Shown: positions 9,001 through 18,639, counted from the first letter of the stretch. The stretch is DNA of 64,000 bases from Nitrospinaceae bacterium (GCA_965223665.1 OZ245011.1:1536001-1600000); one strand, 5' to 3'. Notes: generated by a model from the letters alone, not told the origin. A program made the numbers and translations.

Positions 9001-10829
9001 GTAACCGGCAAAGGCGACTTTACTGGGAGCCCGACCTCGCCGCACGTTACTGGATCAAAGACGTTGCAAGGGTTCTGAAACGTTTGGAAGCTCAACGGCA
9101 AACTGCTAGAGACGACAACACCCGTTTGACGGTACTATTCAGCATAGTAACAGCTCCGATTATTGCAGGAGGGACATCCATCACCTCTATCCTCCTGACA
9201 GGGGCGAATTTAACCTTGCTTGGTGCAGATACCGCAGGGGAATGGGCGAAGGTGTATGAAAGTAATATCGAACTGGATTTTTCACGGGACGCCGCGGTGG
9301 TGCTTGGCTTTTCGCGCAACCAGGCGGCAGTGAAAAAAGCCGTCACCTGGCAAAACGCTTACAACAAAACACTGTTGGCTCTCGGGTTGGCAACGATCGA
9401 TTTGTTTCAAGTCAAAGAAGCGGTTGCTACCGGATTGTTTCGATCCAAAGAAATATTTCTTAAGGGGCGTTTAAGCGTTCGAAATTTACCGGAAGGTGGT
9501 TTAAGAGCACTGAGCATTCCCGAACAGCGCAACGTGATGATTTTCGCTTTACGCGCCAGAGTGCGCGCATTGACCCAGGGCGCGGAAGCATTGGATCCCC
9601 TGGAACGTCAGGCGCTCCTGCTGATGGATGACGAATTTCGTTCGGCGAAAACAGCCTTGATCCAGGAGACAGATAGTTCGAGAACTCTGGGTTTTGGCGA
9701 TGTACTCCCCTTGCCCCAACCTTTGGGCCCGAAAACCGCAATGGTTCGTTTCGAACCGGTGGATCTCGCCGCCGCAAGAGCCGGCCGTATCCCGGAACCC
9801 GGTTCTGAACCCATTGCCATACAAATGGCCCGCGCCGGAGGGGAACCGGGAAGTTCCAGCACAGTTCTTTCCGGAACTGCACCCCTGTGGCGGCACACCG
9901 GAAATCGCCCGCCACCTTTGGTGGACGACCCACTGGACCTGGCATTATTTAAATCAACCACCATGGAAGAAAGAATTCAAGCGCTGTGGCAAAAAGAAAT
10001 CATCCTGTCGTTAAGAAATCAAGCGGACCGGATCATCATAAAACTGGGAGAAGCCGTGGGCTGGGGATCTTTCAAAGGGGTGTTCGCCCATGATGTTCCC
10101 TGGGAGGAATTTCCCACAGTGGCCAAGTTAGCCTTCGAATCAGGACACGGAAAAGCAGAAGTGATTGGCAAAGCCCTGTTGAAAGAAGTCAATTCCAATA
10201 ATATTGTTCTGCCGCGCGAAGTTTTTCGCGCGGATATTCCGGCGGATGTGGTGGGTCATCAGCGTCACTTTACCCATGTGGCGATTGTTGAACGGCTGGA
10301 AGGCACAGCCAAAGAGATTGTCAAAAATAATCCTGGCGGAGTCATGACTAGAGCCCAACGTGATGTCTATAAGGACGCCCTGGATGACATCAATGATTCG
10401 GGAATCGTCTGGCTGGATTGCAAACGAGACCAGTTCACCTGGGTCGAACGTGACGATCAGCTCAAGCTGGGCATATTAGATTACGGTAATTTTTTTCGCG
10501 TCAAAGGAGGCGATCCGAAACTGGCCCGTGAGATCCAGAACGTGGTGAACGGTCCGATTGACCCGGTCATTAAAGAACTGGAACGCTTGGGACGCTACTC
10601 GCCCGACCTGCGTACTTTCAGTCCTCACAATTTGAATGAGACTTTAAACTCGGTTCGCGCTCGCGGATTGCGATTTGAGTTGATCACCACAAAATATGCC
10701 GACGCCTTCGAAAACCTGGAAGAGTTTGGCATCACCCATATCCGGCAATTTGATTTTGCCCCTGTGGCAGGAGATCAGTTTTCTCAGAAGGCGGCTTATA
10801 TGTTCACTAAAGAAAAACGCCTGAAATAA
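6057..10829 (+). CDS. large secreted multidomain protein with C-terminal protein-kinase-like domain (polymorphic-toxin-like)
   Basis: RBS GAGGGG, signal peptide, hydrophobic central segments, C-terminal GWGSFKGVF / VAK / WLDCKRDQF / ILDYG kinase-like motifs. Confidence 0.75.
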   Translation: MKFYIPLEKSNKLKTGLRLILLVVILLCGHLTLSVAGPPSNNPEVAPQNIICDQAPWNRKDDLDQRAEGIRKASEWASPTSNPDYPISKLSGVWKFQLEDLASGGGTANEGRLVFYQDKPGQTNAKWLVSGKRWGHQTITKEKPHDIPPGFINVTASGNFKIPQPQHYPFPEISARFDPANPDNFTGTWSLIWRGKTFKTGKATFTRIVPKITKVKYISTLKHEVGADEIGCAAPKYRGWGKGNNMPGNRPTFNVEIYGENFFWHAEKHYKIFIDPETGLQVTSGYPKVIFARNPNGKPDLSKVVGLLVNFTIWSQSKWGPKRFFVEGQPITFDFYVKPQYYYQVNPVDLQLIEGHFPEKPFVNQPTNVGFRLVYLPGHKAKHTELDLEFLDAKDFSPAQEIKIRDKACKLTGNETVRCSFDETAIAGLEEIEFEIPMPAGGLRWTAQWKTKGDDPDGHLRVGVIQPEPSPRILHTFSLSNQTGAFRPQTRDYLFPYTGTGGVQQKREIIIFGNNLPQKFGDEARIQSLDPSISYLPRYGTAYQNRYDAAWEDLSKRFKTPVPKLKTGHQLLLLEAKVKGKILPGEKSLKLNDATASWDLRFGGLKANLEFIREVGDQPAEVLDSAYVPERVRIRVTTSSPLPLDHIPLILHLQRTNRNPEPLRIARGEPSATTLNKISLTATTTAGNPTVYLSEPIRMIDKGNPRLSPPPRPGDIPVEIFNNSRGPDQLAVEIKPSFAKKSFLMPILPASAALPISSTPARHRSARDPIQTSDYLFKSALQRAAQCRKDIKVESWDALSLEQAEAFYNLVIFTHGDHLRRTKVRFAHHAAMLLMRDRFIELLNDQMLKNNQVLGSQLALKGFMKIMRLEMDNDSIPINRIKVSAPDGSIVSYGGMPLYENLDFLAKKFNKTPQEIAKWRLAATAEAIARIGGAASEAAAKARQVDPCDIEGLLKLTGRGFEAVQSQLKPRLMRLVETRDPGNRQRRLYWEPDLAARYWIKDVARVLKRLEAQRQTARDDNTRLTVLFSIVTAPIIAGGTSITSILLTGANLTLLGADTAGEWAKVYESNIELDFSRDAAVVLGFSRNQAAVKKAVTWQNAYNKTLLALGLATIDLFQVKEAVATGLFRSKEIFLKGRLSVRNLPEGGLRALSIPEQRNVMIFALRARVRALTQGAEALDPLERQALLLMDDEFRSAKTALIQETDSSRTLGFGDVLPLPQPLGPKTAMVRFEPVDLAAARAGRIPEPGSEPIAIQMARAGGEPGSSSTVLSGTAPLWRHTGNRPPPLVDDPLDLALFKSTTMEERIQALWQKEIILSLRNQADRIIIKLGEAVGWGSFKGVFAHDVPWEEFPTVAKLAFESGHGKAEVIGKALLKEVNSNNIVLPREVFRADIPADVVGHQRHFTHVAIVERLEGTAKEIVKNNPGGVMTRAQRDVYKDALDDINDSGIVWLDCKRDQFTWVERDDQLKLGILDYGNFFRVKGGDPKLAREIQNVVNGPIDPVIKELERLGRYSPDLRTFSPHNLNETLNSVRARGLRFELITTKYADAFENLEEFGITHIRQFDFAPVAGDQFSQKAAYMFTKEKRLK

Positions 10830-10949
10830 AGCCCCCCACGATAGATGCAATAACAACGATTAAAACATAAAGGGAGAGCTGGCGGGCACTTCTGACCGGG
10901 ATTATATTTATTATAGGGGCATTGTTGACTCTTTAATTAAAGGAATCCT

Positions 10950-11414
10950 ATGAAAAAATTTTTATTGTTGATTGGTTTCATCTTTTTAGTCTCTATAGGA
11001 ATACTCAGCACTCCTGCCTTTGCCATTGAATTAACCGATCCTCCCGAATGCCCACAGTCTCGAGAAAACACTCCGAAGGCACCGGATGATTATTACAACA
11101 AAACCAATCCGCTGGAAAAAACCGCAAAGAATATTAAGAAAGGGAAATTGCTCTACATGGTCAGAGCCAAAACGCTTCAGTGTAAACATTGCCATGGACT
11201 AAAGGGAGATGGACTGGGAGGAATGGCTCCCGAAAGTTTTCCCAATCCAAGAAATTTCACGTGCGCCCAAACCATGAAAACCATCCCGGACGGCCAGCTC
11301 TTTTGGGCCATCACTCACGGCGTCCAACATACCTCCATGCCCTCCTACGATAATTTAAAGGAGAGACAAATCTGGCAGTTGGTAATGTACATTCGAGAGT
11401 TTGCCAAGGAATAA
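10950..11414 (+). CDS. periplasmic monoheme cytochrome c
   Basis: Signal peptide, CKHCH heme motif, DGQLFW..SMP distal Met. Confidence 0.9.
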   Translation: MKKFLLLIGFIFLVSIGILSTPAFAIELTDPPECPQSRENTPKAPDDYYNKTNPLEKTAKNIKKGKLLYMVRAKTLQCKHCHGLKGDGLGGMAPESFPNPRNFTCAQTMKTIPDGQLFWAITHGVQHTSMPSYDNLKERQIWQLVMYIREFAKE

Positions 11415-11457
11415 AAATTAGAATAATCCAAATTTTACTGGGACCTGCCCTGCAAGC

Positions 11458-11532
11458 AAAAAGGTTTTGATTTCAAATCCCCTGCTCTTCCCTAAAAACC
11501 TGTTGCCCATCTCGTTTCGGCCCCTTATCCTG
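11458..11532 (+). repeat. 75-bp direct repeat, copy 1 (copy 2 at 14690..14764), containing a sigma70-like promoter
   Basis: 2 mismatches between copies; TTGCCC-17nt-TATCCT inside. Confidence 0.9.
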
Positions 11533-11549
11533 AAAGAGTTGTCAATCTA

Positions 11550-12407
11550 ATGCAAGTCTACACAATTTTTATTCTCAGGCATGAAGGTTTCTCAATGAGC
11601 GAGTTAAATGAACCAGAACAACTTTTAAAAACGTTTATCGCAGCGATAGTCAACCATTCCACTCATGATACGGTTAAAATCTACAGAGAGCTTTATCAAT
11701 TAGGGGAGCCAATAATTCCGGCAATTGAGACACAACTCCTGGGTTACACATGGGAAAACATTGACAATAAAGTCCAGGTAGAAATTCTCTCTACTCTTCT
11801 GAGTTTGGTGAATGACATAAACGAGGAGAGCGCCAGGGAACTCGGAAAAAAAATACAAAATAAAGGCTGTAACGCTGTTGTTAAGGTGAAAATTAAATCG
11901 ATATTAGCTTTTTCATTGAATGATTTCAGAAATTATCAGATACAAGAAGTAGAGATTTACCAATTAAAGAGTCTGGATCATGATTCCAGAATAAAGAATA
12001 AAATGATTTCATGGCTATCAAGTGTCTCTAATGAAGACCTTAAAAAGATCGAACGTCTCTATATTATTCCTGCCGACGCTAAATATAGCGGCACCTACAT
12101 GCCAATGCTTTGCAAAATAATGATCGTTTGGGATTGCTCCTATTCTGAATATAATCCGCTTTCGTATTTTCGATTACTCCGCATCGAACATACTCTTTAT
12201 CATGAAATTGGCCACCATGTTCACCGCCATACTTTTGGACAGCACCCGGAACAGGAGAAAGAAGCAGATCGTTACGCAAAGATATTAATGAGAAAGAACC
12301 ATCCTATTCTATATAGGATTGCTAAAACAGTGAAATGTATTTTTGGATATAGAAAGTCCTATCAGAAGATAAACAACCTCATTATTTCTAGTCACAATGG
12401 GCTCTAA
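11550..12407 (+). CDS. putative zinc metallopeptidase-like protein (HExxH); ATG at 11595 is a possible start
   Basis: TLYHEIGHHVH ... EKEADRYA zincin-type motif. Confidence 0.65.
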   Translation: MQVYTIFILRHEGFSMSELNEPEQLLKTFIAAIVNHSTHDTVKIYRELYQLGEPIIPAIETQLLGYTWENIDNKVQVEILSTLLSLVNDINEESARELGKKIQNKGCNAVVKVKIKSILAFSLNDFRNYQIQEVEIYQLKSLDHDSRIKNKMISWLSSVSNEDLKKIERLYIIPADAKYSGTYMPMLCKIMIVWDCSYSEYNPLSYFRLLRIEHTLYHEIGHHVHRHTFGQHPEQEKEADRYAKILMRKNHPILYRIAKTVKCIFGYRKSYQKINNLIISSHNGL

Positions 12408-12427
12408 TCAGAAAATATAGCTACCTT

Positions 12428-13789
12428 GTGTCAAAAAACGGGCTTACAATGAATACTATGAATTGGTTAAATTTTTTCATCATAATATTGTTCTTGGTAT
12501 TACCTATGGAAGCACTGGGTAACGGGGGTCCAGTGGACTGGACTCGTGCCTCCTCCGCTGGAGACATCCGTCCTCAGCAACAACAAAGCGTGACTCTGAA
12601 TGAGGAGCACTTGAAAATATCACTGCACCTCAAGGAATATACTGTAACCGCTTCATACAAACTGGTTTCAGAAACGTCGAAAAAAGTAAAATTTGGCGTC
12701 CCTATGATTTGGCTGAAATACCAGTTCGAAAATGAAGAAATACCAAAACTTCCTCAAGATTACAAAAAAATAAAACTTCAACTTAATGGGAAAAACGTAG
12801 GTTGCAAACCCAAACTTTCCAAAGAACCAACAGAATTGAGTTCCCACCCGATTCCTGGTTTGTATAACTCAAAACCTGCACCTGTTCCCGCCAGAGCCTG
12901 GTGCCTTGCAGATTTGAATTTCGTTAAGGGAGAAAATGTATTAAAGATGAACTATTCGGCAAGTTATTGGTTTGAGGATTATGAATTTTCCAAAAGCCCC
13001 ATAACGGAATTCAGCTCCCGGGTTCTTTATTATCCATTTTCGCCCGCTGGATTTTGGAAAGGCTTGATTTCAAAAATAAAGATCGAATTGGATCTGGGCC
13101 CTTACAGGCATCTTCAGTCTGTCCATTTATCTCCATTTAAACTTGAAAGTCAAGGGCAACATTTAACAGGAATAGGCAGGAACCTTGACCTGAAGATGAT
13201 ATCGCCTCTCGTTTTGTCACTCAATCCTGATCCTGCCGCAAAAAACCAGCTGATTCACTGGAATTCCCTGAAAGATAAAGATTATTCCAGGATAATGGCG
13301 GAACCAAATGCATCGAGCACCTTAAAAGGCAACTATAGGGCCAAAAACCTTATGGATGGCGACCCGGATACTGCCTGGTGTGAAGGCAAACCTGGCCATG
13401 GCATAGGAGAGTGGGTCGAATTCTATATTCCCAAAGATGCCAAACAATATGTAACCTGCAGGTATTACGGAGTCGCCCTCACGCAGGGATATCTGAAGCA
13501 GCAAACAACGTTCGAAAACAATGGTCGATTAAAGGAGGTCCGCCTCACCGAGTGCGGCGAAGAAGAACCATTTGCCACAGCCCATTTTAATGACACCCAA
13601 AGGCATGATCTTGCAGTTGATGTCATAAAGATCCAAAATTATCAGAATCCACAGGTATTAAGATTTATGAATAAAATAAGAGACGACCAACCTGTCTGTT
13701 TGAGATTAACAATCGATAAAGTTTATAAAGGTAAAAAATTTGAAGACACATGTATTTCCGAGGTGGCGATATTGCTTAATTGTGGTTAA
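12428..13789 (+). CDS. secreted protein with DUF4424-like N-terminus and C-terminal discoidin/NADase-type glycan-binding domain
   Basis: Signal peptide; DGDPDTAWCEG..GIGEW..ENNGRLKE..VYKG..DTCISE pattern. Confidence 0.7.
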   Translation: MSKNGLTMNTMNWLNFFIIILFLVLPMEALGNGGPVDWTRASSAGDIRPQQQQSVTLNEEHLKISLHLKEYTVTASYKLVSETSKKVKFGVPMIWLKYQFENEEIPKLPQDYKKIKLQLNGKNVGCKPKLSKEPTELSSHPIPGLYNSKPAPVPARAWCLADLNFVKGENVLKMNYSASYWFEDYEFSKSPITEFSSRVLYYPFSPAGFWKGLISKIKIELDLGPYRHLQSVHLSPFKLESQGQHLTGIGRNLDLKMISPLVLSLNPDPAAKNQLIHWNSLKDKDYSRIMAEPNASSTLKGNYRAKNLMDGDPDTAWCEGKPGHGIGEWVEFYIPKDAKQYVTCRYYGVALTQGYLKQQTTFENNGRLKEVRLTECGEEEPFATAHFNDTQRHDLAVDVIKIQNYQNPQVLRFMNKIRDDQPVCLRLTIDKVYKGKKFEDTCISEVAILLNCG

Positions 13790-14627
13790 CTTTATGCTGG
13801 TCCTCTCTGCGAATTTCTTATTTGCAGCTGACACTCATTTAAAAGCAAAAATCAACGGCAAGCCTTCCGAAATCATAAATCATACAATTTTTGTCAAATC
13901 AAGTGACCATCTGGAGATATATCTTCACGGTTATAAATCCGGTTTGCCTATAAGGTGGTATTGGGTCGAACCTCAGGCGAGAGATTACAATAATTTTGAA
14001 TACTGCGAAAAGAACCCAGGAGAAACCTGCAGTCAACCAATAGATTATAAAATAAAAGAAATTAAATCGCTTCTTAACCAAAGATATTTCAACTCCACGG
14101 CGATTCTGGAACCAAGAGGTGAAGGCACCTATTTCCTCCAATATAAATTTGAAGATACAAGCCGGGATGAGTCTAAATTCAGTTCGACGGATAAACCCCG
14201 AGGACTGCAGGTTGTGGTCCGGCGCGACGACTCCTATATCGGCTATTTGACCGAATTGAAGGGTCTCCCATTTGTGTATTGGCCAAAGGAATATAAAAGG
14301 AACAAGCACCAAACCGAATCAAGAATAGGAGCTGATTGCGTGGCGTTGGTCATATATGGTCAGAGAAGACTGGGGCGGAAAATTCGTTATTTTGCCCCTT
14401 CCGCCCTCAATAGATACACGATCAAAGTACCAGGAACCAAAGTCAAGCCGGGTGATATCTTACACTTTGGCTTTCAAACGGCGGTTCTAACCAAGGACAC
14501 TCCACCCTTGGGAAGAATAAATGCCTCAGACCTCATCATTCACTCCTACCATGGATTAGTTGAAGAGGTGATCTTCGCTGAACTCTCTTACAAGGCATCA
14601 GATTATTCCATTTTAAGATGGGACTAA
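13740..14627 (+). CDS. hypothetical secreted protein with NlpC/P60-like C-terminal motif; start may be ATG 13794
   Basis: GADCVAL..PGDILHF..IIHS resembles the papain-like amidase fold; catalytic His not clearly placed. Confidence 0.55.
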   Translation: MKTHVFPRWRYCLIVVNFMLVLSANFLFAADTHLKAKINGKPSEIINHTIFVKSSDHLEIYLHGYKSGLPIRWYWVEPQARDYNNFEYCEKNPGETCSQPIDYKIKEIKSLLNQRYFNSTAILEPRGEGTYFLQYKFEDTSRDESKFSSTDKPRGLQVVVRRDDSYIGYLTELKGLPFVYWPKEYKRNKHQTESRIGADCVALVIYGQRRLGRKIRYFAPSALNRYTIKVPGTKVKPGDILHFGFQTAVLTKDTPPLGRINASDLIIHSYHGLVEEVIFAELSYKASDYSILRWD

Positions 14628-14689
14628 GTCCTTTTCAATATTCGCCAATCCTATTAATTGATGCGAAGTTTGCATATATTCCTCCGCAG

Positions 14690-14764
14690 AAAAAGGTTTT
14701 GATTTCAAATCCCCTACTCTTCCCTAAAAACCTGTTGCCCATCCCGTTTCGGCCCCTTATCCTG
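14690..14764 (+). repeat. 75-bp direct repeat, copy 2, likely promoter of the 14793 gene
   Basis: Matches 11458..11532. Confidence 0.9.
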
Positions 14765-14792
14765 TATAAAAGAAATTTTTTTGGAGTTTTAA

Positions 14793-16427
14793 ATGGGATT
14801 TGCGTTTCTCTGGCTGGAAACGTTGGCAACTGCACTTCTTCTGGTTTCCATTGTTATTTCATTCACTAAACAGATCAAAAAATGGCCAACTCTGGGACCC
14901 ATATTAATTGCATTGCTTCTCGGACTCCTTGGTATTTCTGCAACCGCGTTCTCTGGGATTTTGTTTTTTAAAAACATTCATCCCAAATGGTTATTTCCCT
15001 ATACCCTGTCCTGGACTTTAATCTTTTTTGTCACGTCCATACTTCTCATACGTTGGAGACGAAGTCCAATAGGAGCACCCGGAGCGGCTGCCTGGTCTCG
15101 CTTAAAACTGTTGGGCGGCCTTTTAATCGCAATTGTGCTTCAATGGAACACAATCACGGCTCTGGATAACGCCGCCAAACTGGAATTGGTAGCTGATCAA
15201 ACAAGAATTATGACCCGCGCCAAAACTATTCTTCCCTCCCCTCCAATCAGGGAGCAGGAAGCATCAGAAATTTACGAGCGAGCCTTCCAGGAAATGGGAA
15301 AAATTCCTGAATGGATTGGGAACTCAACCACGAATCCAATTTTTGATCCGGACTTTGATCCATTGAGCGAGCAAGCCCAAAGCCTTTTAGTGGAAAAGAA
15401 AAAAGCTATCCGTCTAATAAAAGAAGCAACCCGGAAACCCTATCTTTACCATCCTTTAGTTTTGACATTTGATATTGAGTTCCCGATTTTCTATAAATTT
15501 AAAAATGGCTCCGAACTATTGGCGCTAGAGGCTCGCTCCTTTGCAAAAAGGGGCAATATGTTGGAGGCTTTAAAAAATATTTCCTGTATAAATCAAATTG
15601 CCAAACACCTGAATCAAACCCCTACTTTGGTAAATGTTTTGATGGCAAGTGCAATTCATACGAAATCCAAAAAATCCCTGGAAATCATACTGGCTGAAAA
15701 ACACGGGGATTCAAAAGTAACTGTCCCATTACCTGTAAAAACAGATCAGCACTTATTGGATGCCTTTCGGGCAGCGATGGTATATGAAGAATCTTTCAGC
15801 GCTTTCGGTACAGCAGATCATTTTGTCAAAAGCGACCCTATTGATGAAAATGAGTCAATCGATGATTTCGAGTCCTTTTATGAATATTATCAATGGAAAT
15901 TTTTTGTAAGCATGTTGTACCGTATTTTTCTATCCCATGAGGACATCGTTTCCCGTGAACAATATTGGAAAGAACTTCATGATTTTTTTAAAAAGCCCTA
16001 TTACGAGACAAAAATAACTTCAGAAGAATGGCAGGAACAAATTCAAAAGAATATTGAATTCGGCTTTATCATGTCTGAGAACGATTCGTCATTTATCAGT
16101 TATTACAAGCGAGTCACAGAACAACAGACACAATTTCTATTGGCGCAATTGGGGCTGGCAACCGCTGCTTACTATTCCCATCATGGGAAATATCCAAATA
16201 CCCTGGAGGCTCTGGCACCCAAATACATCACGGAAATTCCTGTGGATCCTTTCAGCGGGAGCCCATTAAAAATGATCCCTTCAGAAAGCGGGTTGATTCT
16301 ATACGGTGTAGGACCCAATTTAAAGGACGACAAAGGTTCTTCATTTGAATCCGAAACCAAGGAGGGAGATATCGCCTTTTATCTCGGCTCTTCATTCAAA
16401 GCATACCGCCATAAACCTGCCATTTAA
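14793..16427 (+). CDS. membrane-anchored hypothetical protein with pseudopilin(GspG)-like C-terminal motif
   Basis: 4 N-terminal TM; YPNTLEALAPKYITEIPVDPFSG..LYGVGPNLKDD. Confidence 0.7.
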   Translation: MGFAFLWLETLATALLLVSIVISFTKQIKKWPTLGPILIALLLGLLGISATAFSGILFFKNIHPKWLFPYTLSWTLIFFVTSILLIRWRRSPIGAPGAAAWSRLKLLGGLLIAIVLQWNTITALDNAAKLELVADQTRIMTRAKTILPSPPIREQEASEIYERAFQEMGKIPEWIGNSTTNPIFDPDFDPLSEQAQSLLVEKKKAIRLIKEATRKPYLYHPLVLTFDIEFPIFYKFKNGSELLALEARSFAKRGNMLEALKNISCINQIAKHLNQTPTLVNVLMASAIHTKSKKSLEIILAEKHGDSKVTVPLPVKTDQHLLDAFRAAMVYEESFSAFGTADHFVKSDPIDENESIDDFESFYEYYQWKFFVSMLYRIFLSHEDIVSREQYWKELHDFFKKPYYETKITSEEWQEQIQKNIEFGFIMSENDSSFISYYKRVTEQQTQFLLAQLGLATAAYYSHHGKYPNTLEALAPKYITEIPVDPFSGSPLKMIPSESGLILYGVGPNLKDDKGSSFESETKEGDIAFYLGSSFKAYRHKPAI

Positions 16428-16455
16428 AAATTATCAAAGGAGTTGCAGGAAGACA

Positions 16456-16474
16456 GGCCTCGCCGGGCGAGGCC
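16456..16474. terminator. GC-rich hairpin between convergent genes
   Basis: GGCCTCGCC-G-GGCGAGGCC palindrome; no clear U-tract. Confidence 0.4.
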
Positions 16475-16544
16475 GTGCTCCTGATACAATGCGTGTTGAC
16501 TCAATAAACCCTCAATAAAAAATTCCACTTTGAAATAGAATTTT

Positions 16545-17378
16545 CTATTTTCCGTTGACGCAGACAGCGTACGCCGTAAAACTTCTTGTTGAGGAAAAGG
16601 TATTGAACAACATAACCTCCCAACTGGATTTAGTAGAAGGGTATGATCTTCTTGTCCTAAAATAGTTTGTAGGCGAACTAAAACCTCCTCCAGTGACCAC
16701 TTTTCCGGTTGGGCATTCTGCCCTGGCTATTGAAGCACTTCCTGCTGGTACAGAAACAGTAGCAGAGGTAACAATTTCCGTTTCAATACCACTGGGAGGA
16801 ACGGTGTAGGTCACTTCCAGCGTTGGCGGAGTTCCGGTGGACTCTTTCGAATCCATATCAATACCGTTATTCGTTCCACCGGTACGAATGGCGAATCCGT
16901 TGTTTGGAAAGGTGCCATCTATCCAGCCTTGTACTAAAGCGATTCCACTTGCATTCAGTGCGATGGCGGTAGTACCAAAAGTAAACGAAGGAATTGTGCC
17001 CAATGGATTCACGTCTGAGTTTAAATCATTCCAGTTCACTGTGCCTTCAGACCAGGCAATATTCTGAGCATAAATATTATAAGGACCAGAACTGGCATCC
17101 GTATAGTTGAATGTTATGGAAACCCCAGTGACTGTAGCCTCCGCAGGAATGGAAGAAATATCCCATTTAACCATCGTGGCGATTTCCCCGTAGTTTCCAT
17201 TGCCCGGGTCCTGGCTCACGCCATCAGCAATTAAAACATTTTCCGAGCCATAGTTGGTGGTCGGCGAAGTTTCTCTCACATAACTATCCTCCGGATTAGT
17301 AAACGTATCGGTCACCGCAAACGAATTGGAACTCAAACCCAACACTATTAACAATGCGAACAAGTGATATAACCTCAT
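16545..17378 (-). CDS. secreted DNRLRE/CBM96-like domain protein with small Cys-containing C-terminal domain
   Basis: Signal peptide; EDSYV..PTTNYG..WDISSIP..PTLEVTY pattern; C-terminal CPTGKVVTGGG..AYAVC. Confidence 0.72.
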   Translation of the reverse strand: MRLYHLFALLIVLGLSSNSFAVTDTFTNPEDSYVRETSPTTNYGSENVLIADGVSQDPGNGNYGEIATMVKWDISSIPAEATVTGVSITFNYTDASSGPYNIYAQNIAWSEGTVNWNDLNSDVNPLGTIPSFTFGTTAIALNASGIALVQGWIDGTFPNNGFAIRTGGTNNGIDMDSKESTGTPPTLEVTYTVPPSGIETEIVTSATVSVPAGSASIARAECPTGKVVTGGGFSSPTNYFRTRRSYPSTKSSWEVMLFNTFSSTRSFTAYAVCVNGK

Positions 17379-17458
17379 GGAATTCCTCCTTTAATGTAGT
17401 TGATTTGAAAACAACGGGCACATTAGTGCACGGTGAAGGTGAGTTGTCAAGAAATCGG

Positions 17459-18298
17459 TTAATGCAGAGAATTAATTCCAAACTTTTTAGTCATCAGGCG
17501 ATCCAGAATAAATCGTGGGAGTAAAAATTGCATTACCGGCAGGAAAACACTTTGGTTCCCCAGGCGAATGACGGAGGGAGGATTCTCTTTCAGGATTAAA
17601 CGAACCAAATCCCTGGCAAAAATTTTTGTGGGTGTGGCATTGGTTTGTGAAAGTCTGGCCCGTTCCAAAATTTTTTTCCGAATCGATTGGTACCACGAAT
17701 CGGCCTTGAGAACATCAGTAGCTTTTTCGGCGGCGTTTTCGCCAAACTGAGACCGAATCGCACCAGGCTGAACCGTCACCACCTGAATCCCGAAAGGCGA
17801 CAACTCCATTCTTAATGCATCACTCAAGGAATGCACCGCCGCTTTGGAGGCACAATAGGCACCGGCAAAGGGAGAGGAGACCACACCGGAAACGCTTCCG
17901 ACATTGACAATGATCCCGGCTCCATTGTTTCGCATGGAAGGCGCCACCTTTTGGGCTAAGGCCATCGGGGCAACAACATTGGTTTTGAGTTGCAACAGTA
18001 GATCACTCTCTGGAATATCGATGGAGGGACCGATCAAAGCGTATCCCGCGTTATTGATCAGAATATCAATTTTCCCTTCTCGCTCCAGAACGGTCTCAAC
18101 GACACGGTTAATGTCCTCGTTGTTATTGACGTCCAGTGGTTCCACTTCCATTCCCTGGGATTTTAATTCATCCAGCGTTTCAAGCCGCCTCGCCGTGGCA
18201 ACGACACGACACCCTTTCTGATGAAACTCTTCGCAAAGCGCTTTTCCTATTCCCGAGGAACATCCTGTGATCAAGACAATCTTTGAGTCCAATGCCAT
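17459..18298 (-). CDS. short-chain dehydrogenase/reductase
   Basis: TGCSSGIG, NNAG, YCASK motifs. Confidence 0.95.
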   Translation of the reverse strand: MALDSKIVLITGCSSGIGKALCEEFHQKGCRVVATARRLETLDELKSQGMEVEPLDVNNNEDINRVVETVLEREGKIDILINNAGYALIGPSIDIPESDLLLQLKTNVVAPMALAQKVAPSMRNNGAGIIVNVGSVSGVVSSPFAGAYCASKAAVHSLSDALRMELSPFGIQVVTVQPGAIRSQFGENAAEKATDVLKADSWYQSIRKKILERARLSQTNATPTKIFARDLVRLILKENPPSVIRLGNQSVFLPVMQFLLPRFILDRLMTKKFGINSLH

Positions 18299-18404
18299 AA
18301 ACGGCCTCCTCCGTTTGTATTTATTACTGGGAGCAATTTAAAACTTTTCATTCAATGGAGAATAACACGAGACGCAGGCGGAATAAAATCGCCTTGATCT
18401 TAAA

Positions 18405-18639
18405 GAGATCTTTGCATAACAATGGATTTAGAAAAAAACACAACCAATGTAAAATAGGAAACCCATGTTTGCCCTCTTTCCCAACCTGGCGGTTGAGGCG
18501 AAAAGGATTTCCAAAAGTCGATGGATTTAAGAAATCGATAGAACCCATCGAAGATGAAATGCTGGTGGCGGGGCCTTTCCCGCGGTCAGGGGGATTCACC
18601 TTCAGGGGTTTTCAAGTTTTATGACTACGGAAAGGTCTC
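18405..18639. mobile_element. MITE copy (~235 bp), family with GAGACCTTTGCATAA-type terminal inverted repeats
   Basis: Left GAGATCTTTGCATAA, right ..GGAAAGGTCTC; internal ~150 bp shared with 23975-24120; degenerate 9-bp flanks gatcttaaa/gtttttaaa. Confidence 0.75.

Noticed and set aside
18348-18624. Similar short ORFs at 18348-18624 and 23998-24223 as a paralogous peptide family
   Set aside because: They lie inside MITE copies; the similarity is at the DNA-repeat level.
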